Part shown: in pieces, positions 60,225 through 64,000 of the stretch
Position numbering within the stretch: position 1 is the stretch's first letter
Layout: every line of letters starts with the position of its first letter
Origin: Candidatus Wolframiiraptor gerlachensis
GTDB lineage: Archaea > Thermoproteota > Nitrososphaeria_A > Caldarchaeales > Wolframiiraptoraceae
Length of the DNA: 64,000 nt
Direction: 5' to 3'
NCBI GenBank assembly: GCA_021323375.2
Contig: JAJPCT020000016.1
Span: 85,571 to 149,570 of the forward strand
Made by a program: the position numbers and the translations under genes
Notes under the pieces: generated by a model
Database searches by the model: none
The model's input: the letters and a program-made list of their open reading frames with translations, nothing else
What the model was told of the DNA's origin: nothing

Positions 60225-60587
60225 ATGGGTCTTGTAAGGGTTAAGGTATTATTTGGAGATGCCAATAGGAGGAGGGTTGAGGAAGTCCTATTTCTAGCGG
60301 ATACGGGGGCATACTTCCCCATAATCCCTCCCAGCTTGGCGAGAGAGTTTCAAATAGAGATACTCGCAAAGACGGAGCTAATACTGGCGGATAAGAGGAG
60401 GGTGGAGGCCGGAGTTTCCTTAGCATATTTCAAGCTCATGGATAGAGAGGGGATATTCCAAGTAGCTATAATGGAGGCCCCGGAGCCGATACTCGGCGTA
60501 ACAGTATTTGAGGGCCTAGGCATAAGAATCGACCCTGCCACTGGTAAGCTGGAATACTCAAGACCATATGGGCTCTCAGCGATATAA
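60225..60587 (+). CDS. clan AA aspartic protease
   Basis: FLADTGA, LADKR, ILGVTVFEGLGIRIDP. Confidence 0.85.
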   Translation: MGLVRVKVLFGDANRRRVEEVLFLADTGAYFPIIPPSLAREFQIEILAKTELILADKRRVEAGVSLAYFKLMDREGIFQVAIMEAPEPILGVTVFEGLGIRIDPATGKLEYSRPYGLSAI

Positions 60588-60786
60588 AGCCTCCTAGCAG
60601 ATTCATCAGCCGCCAAACCTCCGGGCGCGCACAACAGAGGAGGCCATGATGGGGTAGGCTTTTAGATTACTCACGGTAGATTAAGTAAGATGCTGGAAAG
60701 GTGGTTATGGATTTTGCTCCAATGACCTTGGCTATGATAATGTGTAGTAAATCAAGGAGTTTTGAGCTTAAGCGTGGGAATATGTC

Positions 60787-61010
60787 TTAAGTCTTCCTTC
60801 CGATGATGTTAAGATCCGCTTCAACTATTGAAGCACCAAGTCTCCTAATAGAATACATGGCCGGCGATATTGGTTTCCCCAATTCAGCTCTTGCATACAT
60901 GGATGCCAGCTCGAGTAGTGTGAGCCGGCTTACGACCCTCTCCCCATCCAATCGCATAGACATAGTTACCACTTTCTCATGATTAGGGTTCTTTATCTAC
61001 GTATATCATC
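60787..61010 (-). pseudogene. PIN-domain toxin remnant
   Basis: MIYVD-like start and VVSRLTLLELAS in different frames. Confidence 0.45.
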
Positions 61011-61335
61011 AATGTTTTTCCTCCTGACAAAGACGTAGTTAAGAGGGCTAGTATAATTAAAAGATGCCTGTGGGAATTAAAGTGAAAAGTGATAAGTATG
61101 GGGATTACATCTTCAACCCCTAGAGATAGTATCAAGTTGAAGAGAGCCTTCAAAGACTCTTCCCTATTCCCACCATAGATGACGAGGCTTTCGTCATAAC
61201 TTATTTGGGCTAATGGGGGAAAGGGTGAGCTCTCGAGCTGGGGAGCCGCTATTGGCTCTAATCTGGTCTTATTTTTCTCATGGGCCTCGCTTATTCCTAA
61301 GATTTATATACGATTTGCGATAGGGGTATGTTAAG

Positions 61336-61755
61336 ATGTTTGAGCGATCGTCTCACTCAAGCACGTATTCTTCTGGGGATTTGGGCGTTATGCTTCTTGA
61401 TGAGTTGAGGGATGCTGTGTTGCGTGTTAAGAGGGCTAGGAGGTGGTTCCTAGTCGACCCGCTGACTAGGGCTTTTGTTAGGGCTTGTATGATTATGAGG
61501 GTTAGTAGGGTTAGGAGCATGGTCTTGATGAAGGCGATTATCAGGGCTATTAGGGCGCTTAGGGAGGCTGTTTCTGAGGAGTCTAGGCTTATCAGGATTG
61601 GTGTTAGGGAGGCTTGGAGGCTCTCGGAGCTCGCCTCAAGCTGGGGCCATAAGACGGCCAAGGAGTGGAAGAATAATAAGAGCTACATAATACTCCAGGC
61701 ATTAACATTACGGTGGCTTTCAAGGCTATTCGGCGGCGTCATGAAGATAATGTAG
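61336..61755 (+). CDS. basic hypothetical protein
   Basis: K.RA.RWF...RAF, SWGH..A.EW motif; upstream TTTATATA. Confidence 0.7.
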   Translation: MFERSSHSSTYSSGDLGVMLLDELRDAVLRVKRARRWFLVDPLTRAFVRACMIMRVSRVRSMVLMKAIIRAIRALREAVSEESRLIRIGVREAWRLSELASSWGHKTAKEWKNNKSYIILQALTLRWLSRLFGGVMKIM

Positions 61756-61817
61756 GATTCCAGTAATGTCCGAGCATTCATTTAGGGGTGGATGGCTTCT
61801 AGAGGGATTGCCTAGTT

Positions 61818-62316
61818 ATGAGTGAATCGATTCTCATACCTAGGAGGCTGGTTGATGGGCTGAGGAAGAGGGGGCTTGAGTGTCGAGGACATAGTTGTTG
61901 ATGCCTTGTTAAAGGCTCTAGATGCTGATCCGACTACCGCTGCTGAGATTCGTCTGGATATTGCCCGTAAATATCTTGGGGAGGGTGAGGCATTAATCGA
62001 TAAAGATCCTGTTCAAGCTAGTGAGAAGTTGTATAAGGCTTGTGAGGAGGCTATCAAGGCTCTAGCCATCTACAACAGGTTGAGCGAGATCTTAGCAAAG
62101 GTTGAGGAGAGGGGTCGATGGGCTGTCACGGAGCTTGAGAAGGCTGTCGAGATCCTAAGCGACATGATTGGAGAATGGATCCTAGCGTCGTGGGATGCTG
62201 CATGGACTCTACATGTACGGGGCTTCCATGAGGCAAAACTTGATAGTGAGGCTGTTAGGAGAAGGGCGAGGCAGATCAGGAAGCTGATTATAGAATCGGA
62301 GAAGATTATTAGATGA
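61818..62316 (+). CDS. PaREP1-family protein, apparent 1-nt frameshift in the G5 run near 61870
   Basis: DPVQASEKLYKA.EE.IKALA, WD.AW.LHV.GFHE; ATG 61818 is out of frame by 1. Confidence 0.8.
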
Positions 62317-63222
62317 CTAGATCCTCTATGAGTGATAAGAAGCCGTTTGTTGTTGCCTGTATTCCGGCTTATAATGAGGAGCTGACCATAGCTAAGGTTG
62401 TGTTGAAGGCTAGGAGGCATGTTGACAAGGTGATCGTATGTGATGATGGCTCTACAGATATGACTGCTGAGATAGCTGAGGCCTGCGGGGCTGAGGTGAT
62501 AAGGCATGAAAAAAAATATGGGTAAGGGTGCGGCCATGCAAAGCCTGTTTAGAAGGCTGAAGGAGGGGGCCGCTGACATTATTGTTACGTTGGATGCGGA
62601 TGGACAGCACGACCCGGATGAAATTCCAGTACTCGTCAACACGATGATCGAGACCGGTGCTGATGTCGTTATTGGTAGCAGGTTTCTAAGTAAGGAGACC
62701 ATGAATAAGGTTCCGACCTCTAGGCGTATTGGTAACAGGATCCTGAACATGGTGACCTCCGTGAAGGATGTCATGGATACCCAGAGCGGCTTTAGGGCTT
62801 ATAGTAGGAGGGCGATAGAAAGTATTCAGCCAACTGAGATGGGCTTTGCCGTTGATTCCGAGATACTTTATAAGGCCTCGGAGCTTGGTCTTAGGATAGT
62901 TGAGGTTCCAGTAGGCGTTGAATATATGGTTCCAAGACCATCTAAGAGGGGGCCAGTGTTCCATGCCTTAGACGTCTTACTCGGCATGGTGAAACACCTA
63001 TCCATGAGACATCCATTGATCTTTTACGGTCTACCTGGCGTAATCTCCTTTCTGATAGCCTTGATATCCGGTTTGATGCTTATTCACCTATTTAACTTGA
63101 CAAGATACTTTAGCCTACCATTAGCGATAATTACCCTTGGATGTGGGGTGTTAGGGGCGATATTATGCTCAACAGCATTAATACTATGGATTCTAGTAAG
63201 CCTAATAAAAGAAGTCAAATAA
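62313..63222 (+). pseudogene. GT2 polyprenol-phosphate glycosyltransferase split by an A8 tract (62509-62516)
   Basis: IPAYNEE, DDGSTD / N.GKG.A, DADGQH, DTQSGFRA; A7 would give one continuous frame. Confidence 0.85.
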
Positions 63223-63252
63223 GCTCTATCATAATAGAACATATAACAACAT

Positions 63253-64000
63253 ATGATGACAACTATTGCATTTGATAAGGATCGAGGGCTTAAAAGAATA
63301 AAAGTAGCCTTAATCGGTTCCAGAGGAATTCCGCCTAGATATGGAGGTGCTGAGACCTTTGTTTACGAACTTTCTAAAAGGCTTAAAAAGTTTTTTACAA
63401 TTTTCGTGACATGTGAGACGAATAGATTTTATTTCGATTGTTTTGAAGGCATAATAAGAGTCCATATACCGGCTAAACATACTTCAACTATGACAATACC
63501 TGTGTTATATGATATATTGGCGACAATTTATTTACTCAAAAAAGTTAAAGATATTGACACAATATACTATATTGCTCCTGATGGTGTATATGCAGCATTG
63601 CTTGCCAAGCTCGCCCGAAAGAAGACCCTAATAAACGTGGACGGAAGAGAATGGAAACGTTTGTTAATACGGCAAAGGTATGTTCCATTACTTCAAAAAC
63701 CATTATATCTAGTAACTGCCTTACTATTGATGGTTGCAGAGTTCCTTGCTACAAAAATATCAGACATAACAATTGCGGATTCGCTAACCATACTTCATGA
63801 AATCCAACACTTATGGAAGCCTAGACGCGTAGAATATATAGCATATGGTATCAGAGAACTTCCATGTGTCCCAGAGGAGGAGCAATTGGAAATACTTCAT
63901 AAAATGGACTTACAACCTCTCGCTTACTATCTTACAGTAGGTAGAATAGTGCCTGAAAATGGAATACACTTGGAAATTGAGGCATTTAAGAAATCTCACT
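63253..64000 (+). CDS. GT4 glycosyltransferase (DUF1972-type N-terminus), partial
   Basis: VALIGSRGIPPRYGGAETFV, NVDG.EWKR, Y.TVGRIVPENG; AT-rich; runs off the window. Confidence 0.88.
   Translation, partial: MMTTIAFDKDRGLKRIKVALIGSRGIPPRYGGAETFVYELSKRLKKFFTIFVTCETNRFYFDCFEGIIRVHIPAKHTSTMTIPVLYDILATIYLLKKVKDIDTIYYIAPDGVYAALLAKLARKKTLINVDGREWKRLLIRQRYVPLLQKPLYLVTALLLMVAEFLATKISDITIADSLTILHEIQHLWKPRRVEYIAYGIRELPCVPEEEQLEILHKMDLQPLAYYLTVGRIVPENGIHLEIEAFKKSH

Noticed and set aside
1-64000. CRISPR array, cas genes or a multi-unit TIGR array
   Set aside because: No regularly spaced repeats were seen; each RuvC-Nop locus has a single structured unit.
41453-64000. Provirus or integrative element at tRNA-Pro
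   Set aside because: No integrase, viral structural genes or duplicated tRNA 3' end were seen in the window.

Overview
Archaeal chromosome segment from a TACK-group thermophile. eL13, the archaeal-type mevalonate enzymes, intron-containing tRNAs and the AGG/ATA-rich codon usage suggest Caldarchaeales/Aigarchaeota-like, but this is inference only. The first ~41 kb is mostly housekeeping: a fragmented S10 ribosomal-protein cluster, priL, sufBC, a ClC transporter, UbiD plus AcnX, a metB-like enzyme, leuA/cimA, a pfkA-type kinase and two intron-containing tRNAs. The last ~22 kb is accessory: an ABC export module, HEPN-MNT and VapBC toxin-antitoxin genes, a MoxR cluster, PaREP genes and glycosyltransferases. 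The main discovery is at 0.9-3.5 kb. A compact RuvC + IS110/Nop-like protein (2261-3121) is followed by a structured ncRNA with a symmetric 13+13-nt internal loop. The two arms of that loop match opposite strands of one 14-bp site in the first codons of the neighbouring rps19. The ~2.55-kb segment carrying it is bounded by an 8-bp direct repeat centred on that site. It separates rps19 from an apparent original promoter and GTG-MPREF start, and supplies a replacement promoter, SD and ATA start. A decayed second copy at 30.8-31.7 kb keeps the RNA fold with compensatory stem changes and different loop sequences. This looks like a programmable dual-guide RNA system between IS110 bridge-RNA recombinases and TIGR-Tas that targets gene 5' ends. 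All calls are from reading the sequence by eye; no searches were run.
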